This document shows, one piece after another, positions 16,720 to 29,361 of a stretch of DNA of 64,000 nt. Where the stretch lies: positions 201,853-265,852 of the forward strand of contig JACOYR010000004.1 of the NCBI GenBank assembly GCA_016181765.1, read 5' to 3'. How positions within the stretch are numbered: position 1 is the first letter of the stretch; each line of letters opens with the position of its first letter. The DNA comes from Parcubacteria group bacterium. GTDB lineage: Bacteria; Patescibacteriota; Patescibacteriia; UBA2169. Position numbers and translations under genes: made by a program. The notes under the pieces were generated by a model, which saw only the letters and a program-made list of their open reading frames with translations, was not told the DNA's origin and ran no database searches.

Positions 16720-17595
16720 GTGGCCAAGCCAAAGCTGATAGCTATCTTAGGCCCGACCGCGAGCGGAAAATCAACGCTCGCTATTGGGCTTGCGCAAAAA
16801 TTTGGCGGCGAAATCATAAGCGCTGACTCGCGCCAGGTGTACCGCGGCTTGGACATTGGCGCCGGCAAAGTGACTATTGGCGAGCAGGCTGCGGTTCCGC
16901 ACCACTTGCTTGATATCGTTGAACCGGGTGATGACTTTAGCGTTGCCGGCTTCCAGCGCCTCGCGTGTGCCGCGATTGGCGATATTTTGGAACGCAACAA
17001 GATCCCCTTTCTGGCGGGCGGCACTGCCTTGTACGCGTACGCGGTGATTGATAACTACCAACTGGCGGACGTGCCACCGAATCCAAAACTCCGGAACGAG
17101 CTCGCAGCAAAATCCCTGGCAGAGCTCCAGGCAATGGTTCCGCCAGGCATACTGAATGAAGATGACTATCAAAACCCGCGCCGCCTCATCCGCGCCATAG
17201 AAAAGCTGCGCGCCGGCGCATCACTCGGTTCGGACAAATTGCCTCCGCGGTATGATGCGCTGATTCTTGGAATTGATGTGCCGCGAGAAGAGCTCTACAA
17301 AAAAATTGACCAGCGCGTTGATGAGCGCATTGAACAGGGCATGATTGAGGAGGTTGAGCGGCTGCGGCAAAATGGCGTGAGTGACGAATGGCTGGTTAAT
17401 CTCGGCCTTGAGTATGCGTGGATTACCGAGCATCTGCAGGGCGCCTGGCCAAAAGACAAAATGATTGAGCGCTTGAAAGGCGCCATCCACGCCTTTGCGC
17501 GCCGCCAGATGGCGTGGTTCAACCGCGACCAGCGCATCCACTGGGTGCAAAGTACAGAAGAAGCCCGAAGCGCGGTGCGCGAATTTCTTGCGTAA
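16720..17595 (+). CDS. miaA: tRNA dimethylallyltransferase
   Basis: GPTASGKS, ISADSRQVYRGLDIG, FARRQMAWF; probable GTG at 16720. Confidence 0.95.
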   Translation: MAKPKLIAILGPTASGKSTLAIGLAQKFGGEIISADSRQVYRGLDIGAGKVTIGEQAAVPHHLLDIVEPGDDFSVAGFQRLACAAIGDILERNKIPFLAGGTALYAYAVIDNYQLADVPPNPKLRNELAAKSLAELQAMVPPGILNEDDYQNPRRLIRAIEKLRAGASLGSDKLPPRYDALILGIDVPREELYKKIDQRVDERIEQGMIEEVERLRQNGVSDEWLVNLGLEYAWITEHLQGAWPKDKMIERLKGAIHAFARRQMAWFNRDQRIHWVQSTEEARSAVREFLA

Positions 17596-17631
17596 AAAAA
17601 GAGGCCTGACTCGGAACATTGAGTCAGGCCG
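17595..17631 (-). terminator. Intrinsic terminator
   Basis: ggcctgactc...gagtcaggcc stem next to an A7 tract. Confidence 0.6.
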
Positions 17632-17651
17632 CGCCGCGAAACCAGGCGCGC

Positions 17652-17921
17652 CTAGCAGGCGCACAAGTTTCGGAAAGCGGCTTTGAGCGCGTGCGCGAGC
17701 GGCGCCACGGAAGGGGGCAGCTTATTCAGTGGCACATCCTGATGCTTCAACAACCACTGAATCCTCTCGCAGGTCTCTGCGTCAAAACTGCCGCAAGCGG
17801 CAAGGTAATCGTACGCATGCATCGCAGGCGATGCATGCTGCCACATGCGCAAACACGCGGTCAGAAGTTCTACTCTCTGTCCGTGCGTAAGCTCCCCGTT
17901 GAGACTACTGCGTCCCGGCAT
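17652..17921 (-). CDS. Orphan hypothetical protein
   Basis: ATG at 17921 preceded by GGGGAG; promoter TTGCGC-17-TATACT near 18155-18184; terminator downstream. Confidence 0.4.
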   Translation of the reverse strand: MPGRSSLNGELTHGQRVELLTACLRMWQHASPAMHAYDYLAACGSFDAETCERIQWLLKHQDVPLNKLPPSVAPLAHALKAAFRNLCAC

Positions 17922-18230
17922 TCTACGAATCTCCCCGAATTCGTATGGTGAACGACTGGCCGCATGAGTATTGGGCGGCCAGGGCTTCGTACTGCGTACT
18001 CTGCTTGGCGTGCGTTCTCCGTTTTGAAAGGACAAAAAACGGCTTCCCGTCAGGGAAGCCGATGTTCGTGAAATAATGAAATGCCGGTGTTGCCGGAGCA
18101 GAAACCCGGCTTGTTCGTCTTATGCTTTGTCTTGTTGTTCCGGGGCATTTCTACCAGTATACTCCCTGCCCCACTGCCGCGCAAATCCCGCTTGTGGACA
18201 ACTTTGACGCGGAGCATCTTCGCGATCCCG

Positions 18231-19775
18231 TCACTGCCGCTTGAGCGCTTTTTTGAGCAGTTTTGCCGCGAGAACCGGATCAGCCTTGCCGCGGGCCTCC
18301 TTCATCACCTGGCCCACAAAATACTGGAACACCGCCTTTTTGCCGGAGCCATACTCTGCCGCCTGCAAGGGGTTATTTTTGACGACCCCTGCGACAATGC
18401 CGGGAAGCGCACCCGAATCTCCCATGGCGCCCAAATCCTTTGACTCCAAAATATCCGTCGGGTCCCCGCCGGTTTTAACCATCTCCGAAAGTATGACCTG
18501 CGCGTTCGCTGCATTGACGCGCGACTGGTGCACCAGGGTGATGAGTTCAGCCATATTCTCGGGCGTGATCTTGATGTCCGCGATTGATGAACCGGCCGTG
18601 CGCAAAACGCCGAGCAGTTTGGACAAGAGCCAGCTTGAAACTAATCGCGCGAGTTTTTTCTTGTCCTGTTCCCATGCTTCTTCGCTGCTTTGGTCCGGGT
18701 CAAGCAAGGTAAGCCACACCTTGAGCTCGGAAATCACCTCCTCGCCGAAGCGTGCGAGCGCGCGATCAGACGCAAACGTCTTGGCATCAGCCGCGCTGAA
18801 TCCATACTCTTGGACAAACCGTTGGCGCAAATCACGCGGCAATTCAGGAATGCCTTTTTTGATGCGGGCAACCCAAGACTCATCAAAATCCAGCTCCGGA
18901 ATGTCCGGGTCAGGAAAGTACCGGTAATCAGCAGACCCCTCCTTGCCGCGCTGGACCACGGTTTTGGCGCTGTCCTCGTCCCAGCCACGCGTGCCCTGCT
19001 CGCCCGGCGCGTTGCCGGTCTCCTCCCACACTGCGGTTTGGCGCTTGATCTCGTAGACAAGAGCGCGCTCAACGGCCTTGAATGAATTCAAATTTTTGAT
19101 CTCAGTCTTGGGATACAGAACTTCCCCCTCCTTTACCAAGGAGGGGGTCGGGGGGTGGTTCTTGGAGTGCATAGGCCGCAAAGAAACATTGGCATCGCAC
19201 CGCAGATGCCCCTTTTCCATGTCCGCGTCCGACACCCCGAGGTAGCGCATAATCAAGCGGAGTTCGCGCAAAAACGCGCCCGCTTCTTCCGGAGACCGGA
19301 TGTCTGCTTCGGTCACGATTTCCATCAGGGGCGTGCCCCCGCGGTTGTAGTCCACGAATGAATCGCCTTTTTCGTTATGCAAAAGTTTTGCCGCGTCCTC
19401 TTCTAAATGCAGGCGGTGGATGCGGATCGCGCGCTCCTCCCCGCCTATGACGATGCTCATGGAGCCTTTCACGCCGATGGGCTCGTCAAACTGGGAAATC
19501 TGGTAGCCTTTGGGCAGGTCCGGGTAAAAGTAGTGCTTCCTGTCAAACTTGGAATGGGGGGGAATCTCGCACCCCAAAGCAAGCGCGGCCAACACGGCCC
19601 ACTCAATGGCCTGCTTGTTGGGAACCGGCAAGGTTCCCGGGTGCCCCAGGCACACCGGGCAGATAGTGGTGTTCGGGGCCTCGTTTTCGCCCTCATTTGA
19701 GCAACCGCAAAACATCTTGCTCTTGGTTTTGAGCTGCACGTGGATTTCCAGGCCAATGACCGGTTCAAGCTTCAT
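18231..19775 (-). CDS. gatB: Asp/Glu-tRNA amidotransferase subunit B
   Basis: IGLEIHVQL, FDRKHYFYPDLPKGYQISQ, DYRYFPDPD. Confidence 0.97.
   Translation of the reverse strand: MKLEPVIGLEIHVQLKTKSKMFCGCSNEGENEAPNTTICPVCLGHPGTLPVPNKQAIEWAVLAALALGCEIPPHSKFDRKHYFYPDLPKGYQISQFDEPIGVKGSMSIVIGGEERAIRIHRLHLEEDAAKLLHNEKGDSFVDYNRGGTPLMEIVTEADIRSPEEAGAFLRELRLIMRYLGVSDADMEKGHLRCDANVSLRPMHSKNHPPTPSLVKEGEVLYPKTEIKNLNSFKAVERALVYEIKRQTAVWEETGNAPGEQGTRGWDEDSAKTVVQRGKEGSADYRYFPDPDIPELDFDESWVARIKKGIPELPRDLRQRFVQEYGFSAADAKTFASDRALARFGEEVISELKVWLTLLDPDQSSEEAWEQDKKKLARLVSSWLLSKLLGVLRTAGSSIADIKITPENMAELITLVHQSRVNAANAQVILSEMVKTGGDPTDILESKDLGAMGDSGALPGIVAGVVKNNPLQAAEYGSGKKAVFQYFVGQVMKEARGKADPVLAAKLLKKALKRQ
19119..19161. 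repeat. In-frame palindromic REP-like element in gatB
   Basis: ccccctcctt-tacc-aaggaggggg-tcgggggtggtt; encodes NHPPTPSLVKEGEV. Confidence 0.8.
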
Positions 19776-20263
19776 TTATCTAACTCCAAAAACGTTACGT
19801 GGTACTCATCCGTATCAAGTTCTTTCCTGCTTATCACTCTACCAAATTCTCCGTATTCTGGGAAGAATGTATCAGCTTCAAAATTGCCGTCTATGACGGT
19901 CAAATACAGCCGGTTGATGAGGTGCATGGCGAGCTTGAAAATCTCTGCTCCGCCGATGATAAAAATTTCTTGTTGATCATGTTTGCTCGCTTCTTCAATC
20001 GCGTCTTCAACGGATGATACGACAAGAGCGCCCTCGGCTTTGTAGTCCGGATTTCGGGTGATGACAATGTTCAAACGCCCGGGCAAAGGCTTGTGGATGC
20101 CGAGCGACTCAAAGGTCTTGCGCCCCATGATCACCGGGTGCCCCAGGGTGGTCTGTTTGAAGTGCTTCAAATCCTCCGGGACGTGCCAGGGGATGGTGCC
20201 GTTGGCCCCGAGCTCGCGGTTTTTGCCGATGGCCGCGATTGCGCTGATGACTGGCTTTTGCAT
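19772..20263 (-). CDS. folA: Dihydrofolate reductase
   Basis: IPWHVPEDLKHFK, IMGRKTFES, LPGRLNIV, IIGGAEIF. Confidence 0.96.
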   Translation of the reverse strand: MQKPVISAIAAIGKNRELGANGTIPWHVPEDLKHFKQTTLGHPVIMGRKTFESLGIHKPLPGRLNIVITRNPDYKAEGALVVSSVEDAIEEASKHDQQEIFIIGGAEIFKLAMHLINRLYLTVIDGNFEADTFFPEYGEFGRVISRKELDTDEYHVTFLELDK

Positions 20264-20270
20264 GCCTGTA

Positions 20271-21200
20271 TTATACCGCAATCGGCGCTTTTATGGCAGG
20301 GTGCGGGTCATAGCCAACCAGCTCAAAATCATCAAACTCAAAATCAAACACGTCTTTGACTTCTGGATTCAGCTTCACCTGCGGCAATAAGCGCGGCTCG
20401 CGGGAAAGCTGTTCCCCTGCCTGCTCAAGATGGTTCTTGTAGATGTGCGCGTCCCCGAACGTGTGCACAAAATCACCCAGCTTGAGGCCCGTGGTCTGGG
20501 CCATCATCATGGTCAAAAGCGCGTAGGACGCAATGTTGAACGGCACCCCAAGAAACATATCCGCAGTGCGCTGGTACATCTGGCACGAGAGTATTCCGCG
20601 GTTGACGTAAAACTGGAACATGGTGTGGCACGCGGGCGGGGAATTGGTTTTGCTTTTGACGAGCTCCTGGATATCAGCCACGTTCCACGCATTTACGATA
20701 ATGCGCCGCGAATCAGGGTTGTTGCGGATCATCTCCTGTGCCTGCGCAACTTGGTTAATGGTTGAGCCGTCCTTTGCTTCCCAACGGACCCACTGCTTGC
20801 CGTACACCGGCCCCAGATCACCCCACTCCTCGGCGAACGCCGCATCCTCTTTGATGCGCTCCACGAACTCTTTCATTTTCTCGTGCCACCCCTCCGTGTA
20901 CATGGGAAACTGTTCAGTGAGCCCCTGGGCTTTCAACCACGCCTGGAATGGCCACTCGTTCCAGATATTCACGCTATTGTCCACGAGGTACTTGATGTTG
21001 GTATCGCCCTTCAAAAACCACAAGAGCTCGTGCAGAATCAGGCGAATCGGCACTTTCTTTGTGGTCACCAGGGGGAATCCTTTGGACAGGTCAAACCGAA
21101 TCTGCCGGCCAAACACGCTGCGCGTGCCAATGCCGGTGCGGTCGCTCTTATCAATCCCGTTTTCCTTGATGTCGCGAAGAAGTTCTAAATACTGCTTCAT
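20271..21200 (-). CDS. thyA: Thymidylate synthase
   Basis: [30 protein letters not shown]. Confidence 0.97.
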   Translation of the reverse strand: MKQYLELLRDIKENGIDKSDRTGIGTRSVFGRQIRFDLSKGFPLVTTKKVPIRLILHELLWFLKGDTNIKYLVDNSVNIWNEWPFQAWLKAQGLTEQFPMYTEGWHEKMKEFVERIKEDAAFAEEWGDLGPVYGKQWVRWEAKDGSTINQVAQAQEMIRNNPDSRRIIVNAWNVADIQELVKSKTNSPPACHTMFQFYVNRGILSCQMYQRTADMFLGVPFNIASYALLTMMMAQTTGLKLGDFVHTFGDAHIYKNHLEQAGEQLSREPRLLPQVKLNPEVKDVFDFEFDDFELVGYDPHPAIKAPIAV

Positions 21201-21206
21201 ACGCCA

Positions 21207-22352
21207 TTATTGTAGCACGCGGCGCACCTGTTCCCAAATGAGCCCATGCACCTCCGGTATGGAGAGCAGGCGGCCGTCCGGCGCGCACTCAATGAGCTTG
21301 AAACCCGGAAACAGGGCGCACATTTCGCGGTAGGTCTGGGACGCAGCCTCAAGGTGGGAAACATCATCCTCGTGCACGTCGCGCGTGGCCCCGGACAAAT
21401 ACGCGCGCATCGCCTTTTGGTCAATGTTGAGCTGGCCGATCTGGGCCGGAACGTGCAGGACCACCGTGAGGTCGGGCCGCGGGATGCCGAACACCCCATA
21501 CTCGTATTGGTCCAACCACTCAAAGTACTGCTGGCGCGCCTCGCGCGTTCGGAACTTCGCGCCCTGGTGGCCCATGTTCGCGGACACGTACCGGTTCGCG
21601 ACCACCACCTTCCCCTGCTCAAGTTGTTCGGCCAGCCCGAAGCTCGCATCATACCGGTCCAGCATAAAAAAGAATGACGCAACATACGGGCTGACCTCGC
21701 CTCCGGTCCCGTACGCGCCGTTCAAATAGTTTTCAACCAAGCCCGCGGACTTTTTTCCGTACTGCGGAAAATCAGCTTTAACGGCAGCGTGCCCTTCCGC
21801 GCGCAAGCGCTCAATAAGCAGATCAGTCTGCGTCCCCTTGCCGCTCCCATCTATGCCATCTATGACAATAAATTTTCCACTTTCCTGCGGCGAGGCCGCT
21901 GATTGCGGAATTGACGAAACAGGCGCCCGATTGTCGGTTGACCCAAACCCTCCCCTGCCCGCATTGCCCGTGGCCAAAACCTCCTCCCACTCCGCCCGGC
22001 CGACCGGCAGAAACACGGCCTGGGCAACGCGGTCCCCGCGCTTGATGATGACGGGCGAATCGGTAGGGTTGTAGAACTGCAAAAGAATCTCGTCATTGTC
22101 CCCGCAAAAATCGCGGTCAATCACTCCCTCGGTGATAAGCAGTCCGGTCTTTTTCAAAGTGCTGGAGCGGTCCGTGACCCAGAGCATGTACCCCGCAGGA
22201 ATCTCCACCGCCACATTGGATGGCGCGCGTCCCATGCCGCGGGCGGGAATCACGGTATCCGTCCGCACCACAAAATCAAACGCAACCGCGCCCGAGGTCT
22301 CGTACTGCGGGAGCGGGAGCGATGGATCAATCCGTTTGATGCGCACCCGCAT
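21207..22352 (-). CDS. dUTPase - thymidylate kinase fusion
   Basis: N-part: DRSS, GVIDRDF, GDRVAQ, RGGFGST; C-part: IDGIDGSGKGTQ P-loop, NRYVSAN, PRPDL. Confidence 0.9.
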   Translation of the reverse strand: MRVRIKRIDPSLPLPQYETSGAVAFDFVVRTDTVIPARGMGRAPSNVAVEIPAGYMLWVTDRSSTLKKTGLLITEGVIDRDFCGDNDEILLQFYNPTDSPVIIKRGDRVAQAVFLPVGRAEWEEVLATGNAGRGGFGSTDNRAPVSSIPQSAASPQESGKFIVIDGIDGSGKGTQTDLLIERLRAEGHAAVKADFPQYGKKSAGLVENYLNGAYGTGGEVSPYVASFFFMLDRYDASFGLAEQLEQGKVVVANRYVSANMGHQGAKFRTREARQQYFEWLDQYEYGVFGIPRPDLTVVLHVPAQIGQLNIDQKAMRAYLSGATRDVHEDDVSHLEAASQTYREMCALFPGFKLIECAPDGRLLSIPEVHGLIWEQVRRVLQ

Positions 22353-22354
22353 AC

Positions 22355-23473
22355 CTACTGCCAGGTCTGCTTAAAGTGCTTGGAGAGCTTGGGACCTGTG
22401 CCGGTGTAGGATGACCCGATTCCGGAACTGTACAAAACCTCCGGGACTTCCAGCATGTGCTCGTACACCATCTTGCAGATAATCTGCCCCCGCGTTAAGC
22501 GGAACGGCACGTTGTGCGCGCGCACCTCAAGCACCGCAGGCGTGCCCGCGCCCGCGCCGGCCTCGCCGAACCCCCAGCCCGGATCAAAGAATCCCGCATA
22601 GTGGGAACGCATCTCCCCGCTTGCGGTGTCGTAGGACGCCATTTCCCCGGCAAACGCCGGGGGGAACGTGATGCGCTCAATGCTCGCGAGCAAATAGAAG
22701 TTGTTGGGCACCAGAATCAGCTCCCCGTTCTTGGGGCGCAGGATGGGCTCCCAAAAATCACTGGGCTCATACTCGCCCACCAAGCCCAGGTCAATGGCCT
22801 TGGTGGTATCGTGCTTGGCGCGGAATCCGATCACCTCCCGGGTCTCAAGGTCAACGGTCAGCATCAAGCCCCCGCCATTGACGAGCAGCATGTTCTGCAT
22901 CACGGGCGTGCCGCTCTGGTTAAACAAAATCCCGTGCTTCGCGTGCGCGAGCCGCAAATCGCTCTCCCGCGCGAGGTAGGGCCCCGCGGTGCGGAACCGC
23001 ACCTGGTTTGCGGCAAGCCCGGGGTGGATCTTCACCACAAAATCCAAAGGGATCACCTCTAAATAGAGCTGGCCTTTGTACCCGGGGGGAATGTAGTCAA
23101 ACCGCGGCGTGTGGTCGCACAATAATCTGACAAACAAGCCCACGCGCCCGATGGAGCTCTTGGGGTTCGCATACGCGTACATGCCCGGCGCCAAATCCAC
23201 GTACTCGTTCAACGGGATGATGTAGGATGAGTTCGGCTCAAGAATGGTGCCGGGCTTGAGCTCAAAATCATAAAGCGTGCGCGCCTTCAAAATCTCCCAG
23301 ATGGTCTCATTGGGCTTGGGCAGAAAGCTGGAGCTGGTGCGGTACACGCGGTCAGAGAGCGTCAGGTCCAAGGACGCGGGCTGGATCTGTTTTTCCGCAA
23401 TCGCCCCTTTGGAAAAAATCATGGGGTTTGCCCCAAAAATGAGGTCTTTGATTTTTTGGTACGGCAGTGTCAT
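22355..23473 (-). CDS. dcd: dCTP deaminase, long two-domain form
   Basis: IQPASLDL, NPKSSIGR, HYAGFFDPGWG, VLEVRAH. Confidence 0.9.
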   Translation of the reverse strand: MTLPYQKIKDLIFGANPMIFSKGAIAEKQIQPASLDLTLSDRVYRTSSSFLPKPNETIWEILKARTLYDFELKPGTILEPNSSYIIPLNEYVDLAPGMYAYANPKSSIGRVGLFVRLLCDHTPRFDYIPPGYKGQLYLEVIPLDFVVKIHPGLAANQVRFRTAGPYLARESDLRLAHAKHGILFNQSGTPVMQNMLLVNGGGLMLTVDLETREVIGFRAKHDTTKAIDLGLVGEYEPSDFWEPILRPKNGELILVPNNFYLLASIERITFPPAFAGEMASYDTASGEMRSHYAGFFDPGWGFGEAGAGAGTPAVLEVRAHNVPFRLTRGQIICKMVYEHMLEVPEVLYSSGIGSSYTGTGPKLSKHFKQTWQ

Positions 23474-23614
23474 ACAAAAAAGGGGGCTCTCCCCCTCCCT
23501 GGCCCTTTAGTGTACCAAAATACATTGTGATAAGACACTAGACAAAACCGCACGGCTGTTGGCTAATCCGTGATGTTCTCCACCACTTCTCCCCAGGAAC
23601 CTAAAAACCAGTGC

Positions 23615-24289
23615 TTACATCTGAACCGGAATGCCTGGACCCATAGTCGTGGCAAGGGTCACACTCTTGATGAACGTGCCTTTGGCTGCTGCGGGTTTTG
23701 CGGCTTTCACCGCGTCATACGCGGTCTGGATGTTCTCTTTGAGCTTGCCTGCGTCAAACGAAGCACGCCCCACCAGGATGTGGATGTTGCCCGTGTTGTC
23801 GTTCTTAAAGGAAATTTTTCCGCGGGAGAGCTCGTCAATGGCTTTTGCAATATCCGGGGAAACAGTGCCGTTCTTGGGAGAAGGCATCAAGCCGCGCGGC
23901 CCCAGGATTTTCGCAACCGGAGCAAGCTTTGGCATGAATGCGGGCTCCGCAACCAAGACGTCAAAATCCATCTTCCCGACCTGGATCTCTTTGATGAGCT
24001 CTTCCCCGCCCGCAATGTGCGCACCTGCGGCTTTGGCTGCGGCAGGGTTTGCGGTGATAGCAGCGATCTTCTGCTTCTTGCCCGTGCCGTGCGGCAGGCT
24101 CGCGGTTCCGCGCACCTGCTCGTCCGACTGCTTCACGTCTATGCCCGTGCGCACGTGGAGCTCCACGCCCGCGTCAAACTTAGTGTTGCCCGCATCTTCA
24201 AGCCGCGCCAACGCCTCGTCCAGGCTGTATGTTTTGCCAGCCTCAACTTTTTCTTTGAGCGCCCGGTAGCGCTTTGAATGTTTTGCCAT
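23615..24289 (-). CDS. rplA: 50S ribosomal protein L1
   Basis: LPHGTGK, LGPRGLMPSPKNGTV, TTMGPG. Confidence 0.98.
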   Translation of the reverse strand: MAKHSKRYRALKEKVEAGKTYSLDEALARLEDAGNTKFDAGVELHVRTGIDVKQSDEQVRGTASLPHGTGKKQKIAAITANPAAAKAAGAHIAGGEELIKEIQVGKMDFDVLVAEPAFMPKLAPVAKILGPRGLMPSPKNGTVSPDIAKAIDELSRGKISFKNDNTGNIHILVGRASFDAGKLKENIQTAYDAVKAAKPAAAKGTFIKSVTLATTMGPGIPVQM

Positions 24290-24318
24290 AGGTTCTTCAG
24301 CCGCTTACAACGGCCGGA

Positions 24319-24355
24319 GTGGTGCGAACGAACGGAGACGAATCCGCTCTCCCAC
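24319..24355 (-). promoter_or_regulatory. L1 autogenous regulatory leader
   Basis: GUGGGAG...ACCAC helix with internal loop between rplK and rplA. Confidence 0.6.
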
Positions 24356-24376
24356 ATGCGAATGAATTAAATCAAC

Positions 24377-24805
24377 TTATTTTACCTCCAGCCCCATCTG
24401 CTTGGCCGTGCCCTCAATGGTCTTCATGGCGGCCTCAATGCCGTTGGCGTTCAGGTCAGGCATCTTCACCTCCGCGATCTCTCTGATCTGCGCCCGGGTC
24501 ACGGTGCCCACCTTTTTTGTGTTCGGCGTGCCGGACCCGCTCTTGATCTTCGCGGCTTTCTTCAATAATTCGGACGCGGGCGACGTTTTGAGGATGAACG
24601 AAAAGCTGCGGTCCGTGTAAATGGTAATCACCGCCGGAATCACCTCGCCTCTCTGGTCCTTGGTCTTGTCGTTGTACTGGGCGCAGAACTCGCCCATGTT
24701 CACGCCATGCGGCCCGAGCGCAGTTCCCACCGGAGGCGCCGGGTTTGCGGCTCCGGCCTGGAGCTGCAGCTTGACCACTGCTTTCACTTCTTTCTTTTTC
24801 GCCAT
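24377..24805 (-). CDS. rplK: 50S ribosomal protein L11
   Basis: [19 protein letters not shown]. Confidence 0.98.
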   Translation of the reverse strand: MAKKKEVKAVVKLQLQAGAANPAPPVGTALGPHGVNMGEFCAQYNDKTKDQRGEVIPAVITIYTDRSFSFILKTSPASELLKKAAKIKSGSGTPNTKKVGTVTRAQIREIAEVKMPDLNANGIEAAMKTIEGTAKQMGLEVK

Positions 24806-24818
24806 ACGATTAAATCTT

Positions 24819-25364
24819 TTAAATCTTTTCTACCTGTAAAAAGTCCAGTTCAACCGGGGTTTCCCTGCCGAACATGGAGACCAGTACTTTAACTTTTCCG
24901 CGGGATTTGTCAACGTCGCTCACCTTGCCCTCAAATTCCTTGAACGGCCCGTCCACGATCTTCACCGGCTCGCCGGCCGAAAGGTCAACTTTGAACTCGG
25001 GCTCTTTCAGGCCCATGCGCTTCTGCATGGATGCGACTTCAGCCTCGGCAATGGGAGTCGGCGTGGTGCCGGTGCCAATGAACCCGGTCACGTTCGGGGT
25101 GTTGCGCACCACGTACCAGGAGTCGTCGGTCACGACCATCTCCACCAGCACGTAGCCGGGGTACACCTTTTCCGTCACCTGGGTGCGCTTGCCGTTCTTG
25201 ATCTTGATCTTGGTCTCGGTCGGCACCATCACGTCAAAAATTTTGTCCCCCATGTCCAGGGATTCAATGCGCTGCTTCAGGTTGCGCGCCACGTTCTCCT
25301 CATAGCCCGAGTACGTGTGCAGCACGTACCACCTCCGCCCTAAATTGCCGGTCTGCTTCGCCAT
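24819..25364 (-). CDS. nusG: Transcription factor NusG
   Basis: [28 protein letters not shown]; ATG at 25364. Confidence 0.97.
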   Translation of the reverse strand: MAKQTGNLGRRWYVLHTYSGYEENVARNLKQRIESLDMGDKIFDVMVPTETKIKIKNGKRTQVTEKVYPGYVLVEMVVTDDSWYVVRNTPNVTGFIGTGTTPTPIAEAEVASMQKRMGLKEPEFKVDLSAGEPVKIVDGPFKEFEGKVSDVDKSRGKVKVLVSMFGRETPVELDFLQVEKI

Positions 25365-25366
25365 AC

Positions 25367-25555
25367 TTAAAAGGCCGCGAGCGCGTACTCCAGAAGCCAG
25401 CTCAAGCCATAGTCTGCCCCGCCCAAAAATGCGGCAATGCCAACGGAAACTGCTATCACGAGGATCGTGGCATTCATGGTCTGCTGGCTTCCGGGCCACG
25501 TGACTTTGCGCAGTTCCTGGCGCGAATTCTTGAGGTATTGGATGATTGCGTTCAT
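25367..25555 (-). CDS. secE: Preprotein translocase SecE
   Basis: ELRKVTWP plus TM helix, upstream of nusG. Confidence 0.93.
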   Translation of the reverse strand: MNAIIQYLKNSRQELRKVTWPGSQQTMNATILVIAVSVGIAAFLGGADYGLSWLLEYALAAF

Positions 25556-25637
25556 GTTTTCTATCTAAAAATGCCCCCCAGGGGCACCAATTACTGCACC
25601 CATTATACCATAATGGGAAAATAATGCAAGTGCCACG

Positions 25638-27647
<2,010 letters not shown>

Positions 27648-28085
27648 CTAGGCGTGCTTGTCTAAAAATGTGCTGTAAGAATCGGCAAACTGCTGAAAAA
27701 CATCAGGGGCTTTCTGCAAATACGCATACACTTTTTTAAAATCAACATCTGCATACTCATGAATAAGCAAATTTCTGAATTTTGTCATATCCTTATTCTC
27801 ATTGATTATTTGTTGCGGAACAACTCCGACTTCTCCCAAAAGGCGCACAATATCAGAGTAATCTTCGGCTGATTTTTGAAAAACAGTACTCAAAATATGA
27901 TTTCCCGCATCAGTTATAATCGCAATCCCAATCGCTAAATCAAACATAGCCGCCCCGTTCAACTTTTTGTCAGCGATAAAATCCTCTTGAGTTTGCGCCT
28001 CTTCGGCATATTCCCGCAAATCACTGATGAGATCTTGCAATTTCATCAATTTTTTTTGAATTGATTTTCTATCTAGTGGGGACAT
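27648..28085 (-). CDS. HEPN (DUF86/HepT-like) toxin
   Basis: RNLLIHEY (RX4HXY) motif; overlaps the MNT gene. Confidence 0.88.
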   Translation of the reverse strand: MSPLDRKSIQKKLMKLQDLISDLREYAEEAQTQEDFIADKKLNGAAMFDLAIGIAIITDAGNHILSTVFQKSAEDYSDIVRLLGEVGVVPQQIINENKDMTKFRNLLIHEYADVDFKKVYAYLQKAPDVFQQFADSYSTFLDKHA

Positions 28086-28527
28086 ATATTTCCGGTTTGC
28101 CAAATGTTTTATGAACCAAATGTCGGCGCATGATTTGATACTGTGTTTCGCGGATGTGGTTTGTGTCTTCGTATTCTCTCCTGATTTTTTGCTCAATCAT
28201 AAATCGCTGTTCCTCATCAGTAACATACAGCGGCTTTGCGTAAAACACGGCGCGATGTTTCAACAGCGGGCTCTTGCATGTTTCCAAATTAACCACATCA
28301 ACGCGGTCAATCTTAAACACACTCCCAATATCGGACATCATGCTCAACTCCAAATCAAACTGCTTGTCTTTTGGTACTTTCTTGGAAAAAACCACGGCAA
28401 TGTCCACATCCGACAAAGGACCGACATTACCCCTGGCGCGCGAGCCAAACAAATACGCCAGCGCAACCTTGCGCTTTTCAAAAATCGGGGCCAGTTTTTG
28501 CTTGATTTCTTCAATGGTTTTGGTCAT
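28069..28527 (-). CDS. MNT (MntA-like) nucleotidyltransferase antitoxin
   Basis: YLFGSRARGNVGPLSDVDIAV (GSX10DXD). Confidence 0.9.
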   Translation of the reverse strand: MTKTIEEIKQKLAPIFEKRKVALAYLFGSRARGNVGPLSDVDIAVVFSKKVPKDKQFDLELSMMSDIGSVFKIDRVDVVNLETCKSPLLKHRAVFYAKPLYVTDEEQRFMIEQKIRREYEDTNHIRETQYQIMRRHLVHKTFGKPEIYVPTR

Positions 28528-28663
28528 ATAATCCAAGTTTGGATGATGATGTCAGTATAACAGATATTTTTGATGAAATAAAGGGTTGATGATGCAGTTT
28601 TTGCGCTAATGTTGGGGAAAAATAAATGATGAAATATGGCTAATTTTAGCCTATCTTGTGCTA

Positions 28664-28692
28664 TTGACATTATTTTGTAGGTGTGGTATAAT
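28664..28692 (+). promoter_or_regulatory. Consensus sigma70 promoter of the repeat-separated operon
   Basis: TTGACA-17bp-TATAAT with TG extension. Confidence 0.8.
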
Positions 28693-28715
28693 AGATACAT
28701 AATCAAAAGCCAAAA

Positions 28716-28781
28716 AAACCGTTCTTTGATAGAGGTGTTGCGATGATTGCTTAAGCCCTTGAGCCATTATCGCAACACCTC
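28716..28781 (+). repeat. Partial copy of the structured intergenic repeat
   Basis: aaaccgttcttt followed by gaggtgttgcgatgat...attatcgcaacacctc stem. Confidence 0.7.
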
Positions 28782-28881
28782 GCAAAATAAGGACTGCCCG
28801 CAGAGGGCGTATGGACACATTTCCGCAATTCCGCGGAGATGGTCCCACTCAATAACGCCCGACAGGGCAGGAGAAAAAACA

Positions 28882-29142
28882 ATGCGGTACCATTGGGCAA
28901 TCATGAATGAAGACGGCCGGCCCCTGGCGTACTGCCAGGAAGACACCCACATCGTCCCGCCAGAGGGACGACACCAAGAAGTTTGCATTCGGGGGTACTT
29001 CCTCCGGAGGATCGGGAAATCCTCCAGCCGCTTCGTCCGGACCATGGACGAGGCACTGGCCCTCGTACCCGGCGGGGTGAGGTACGAAGGCTGGTACCGC
29101 GGGGCTACCTGGCCCTGCGGTGACGGCGTGCCCGACTGGTGA
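28882..29142 (+). CDS. Orphan hypothetical protein
   Basis: ATG at 28882 preceded by AGGAG; 86 aa. Confidence 0.6.
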   Translation: MRYHWAIMNEDGRPLAYCQEDTHIVPPEGRHQEVCIRGYFLRRIGKSSSRFVRTMDEALALVPGGVRYEGWYRGATWPCGDGVPDW

Positions 29143-29152
29143 CCCGTCACAT

Positions 29153-29361
29153 CGGCAGTCGGACGAACTCAATGCAACCAATGCAACGAGTTTCGTCCGA
29201 CTGCCACCTTTCCCTGCCCTCAACCAAAGTTGAGGTTAGAGAAAAGATTAAAACCGCTCTTTAATTGGAAGGTGTTGCTATAATGGCTTAAAGTCATTTG
29301 AGAGATTATAGCAACATCTTCCGTAGTTTTCACCCACCCTCGTACACAAGGAGATAAGACA
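29153..29361 (+). repeat. ~200-bp structured intergenic repeat, copy A
   Basis: Three hairpins, CGCTCTTTAA and SD; highly similar to 30366-30564. Confidence 0.9.

Noticed and set aside
28638-28653. ggctaatt..agcc palindrome also near 43153, upstream of two orphan promoters
   Set aside because: Short, AT-rich and at different spacing from the -35 box; too weak to call a regulator site
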